This document shows, piece after piece, positions 63,093-64,000 of a DNA stretch of 64,000 nt; the first letter of the stretch is position 1; each line of letters opens with the position of its first letter. The translations under genes and the position numbers were made by a program. Location of the stretch: NCBI GenBank assembly GCA_002189035.1, contig NEEC01000020.1, positions 124,001 through 188,000 of the forward strand, given 5' to 3'. The notes beneath the pieces were generated by a model, which searched no databases, was not told the DNA's origin, and saw nothing but the letters and a program-made list of their open reading frames with translations. Origin of the DNA: Utricularia gibba. Lineage: Eukaryota > Plantae > Magnoliophyta.

Positions 63093-64000
63093 ATGCTTGC
63101 GGCGAACCCCACCAATCCGACTTTGGAAATTTCGATTTCCCAATTCAAAGCTCCCTACTCTAGGAAACTGAGATTAATTCCTCCTTTTTCGCCGGTGGAT
63201 TGCTTTCCGCAGATTGAAGGTTTTCATTTTTCGCGTTCATTTGGGCGGAATACTGTTCTTCGATGTTCGAGAGCGAGGCGAAGGTTGATTGGAAGCACCA
63301 GATGGAACAGGAGCCTTTGCCATGGACTCCATGTTCGGGCTTCAGTGAAAGCAGAAGGTGACACTCGAAATGAGGCAGCGATTCCACAACCCTTAGCTCC
63401 TTTCTCCATCAATATTCCGTTCGGGGATCGTAACGTAAGTTATCCAAGTTGAAAACATAAAGGAACGAGTTTTGTTTGAGTCCATGTTCAAATTCGGAAA
63501 AATTTCGGATCCAAAAACCACGAACTTTTCCAGAAATTTTTGAACATTGGTTTGAGTGATCACACACATTCAGCAAGTAGCATGAATAGCTTGCTTAATC
63601 TCTCCTTGCTTAAAGTCGATTTTTGATTTTCCACAGATATTAGTTGAGACAGGCCATATTGGAAGGCAAGCTAGTGCTGCTGTTACTGTAACAGATGGGG
63701 AAACTGTGAGTTAGCTGCCAGAAGCCTTATCTTATTTCTCCATGAGAATGGGAATTGAGGATTCTCTGTAAATATAAGATTTCATTGCATCACTGCTTCA
63801 TAGGCATGTTATGTCAGAGAACTTGTGCTGCTTATGCTTTAATGAAAATTATATATGTTGTGGCTTCTCATTGCAGATAATCTACACAACTGTTTGTCTG
63901 GCTGAAGATCCCTGTGACCCTTCTGATTTCTTTCCACTTTCTGTGCACTACCAAGAGCGTTTCTCAGCAGCTGGGCGCACAAGGTAGGCGCAAAAATGTC
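63093..64000 (+). CDS. PNP1: Chloroplast polynucleotide phosphorylase, 5' part (gene runs past the window end)
   Basis: Transit-peptide-like exon 1 (63093-63434), then [23 protein letters not shown] and [35 protein letters not shown] (RNase PH domain start). Confidence 0.93.

Noticed and set aside
1-64000. Prokaryotic-style systems (operons, CRISPR, defence islands), rRNA/tRNA genes, organellar insertions
   Set aside because: All coding signal resolves into spliced plant nuclear genes, and I recognised no such sequence on either strand.

Overview
Plant (eudicot-like) nuclear genomic DNA from a gene-dense, short-intron genome. I can support 18 spliced protein-coding loci: TOR kinase, an uncharacterised two-TM protein, HEMA, OPT transporter, gamma-glutamyl peptidase, DRP3, beta-carbonic anhydrase, PEPKR2, NUDT16-like, MAP70, a P-type PPR, an RSRC2/SMAP-like protein, MPP-alpha, a His/Pro-rich membrane protein, calmodulin, a secreted LRR protein, a decayed DnaJ-type zinc-finger gene and the 5' part of chloroplast PNPase. 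I found no rRNA, tRNA, CRISPR array, intact transposon or organellar insertion, and nothing that amounts to a convincing new multi-gene system. Two points matter most. (1) Eleven apparent -1 frameshifts in eight genes, including essential TOR, all sit in G/C homopolymers and are most likely long-read consensus errors. (2) In contrast, the DnaJ zinc-finger gene carries non-homopolymer lesions (in-frame TAA, inferred 22-nt microhomology-flanked deletion, Cys to Trp) and looks like a genuine pseudogene, head-to-head with PNPase. CDS coordinates are gene spans (first to last codon, introns included) from manual splicing. Family assignments rest on remembered motifs, not database searches.
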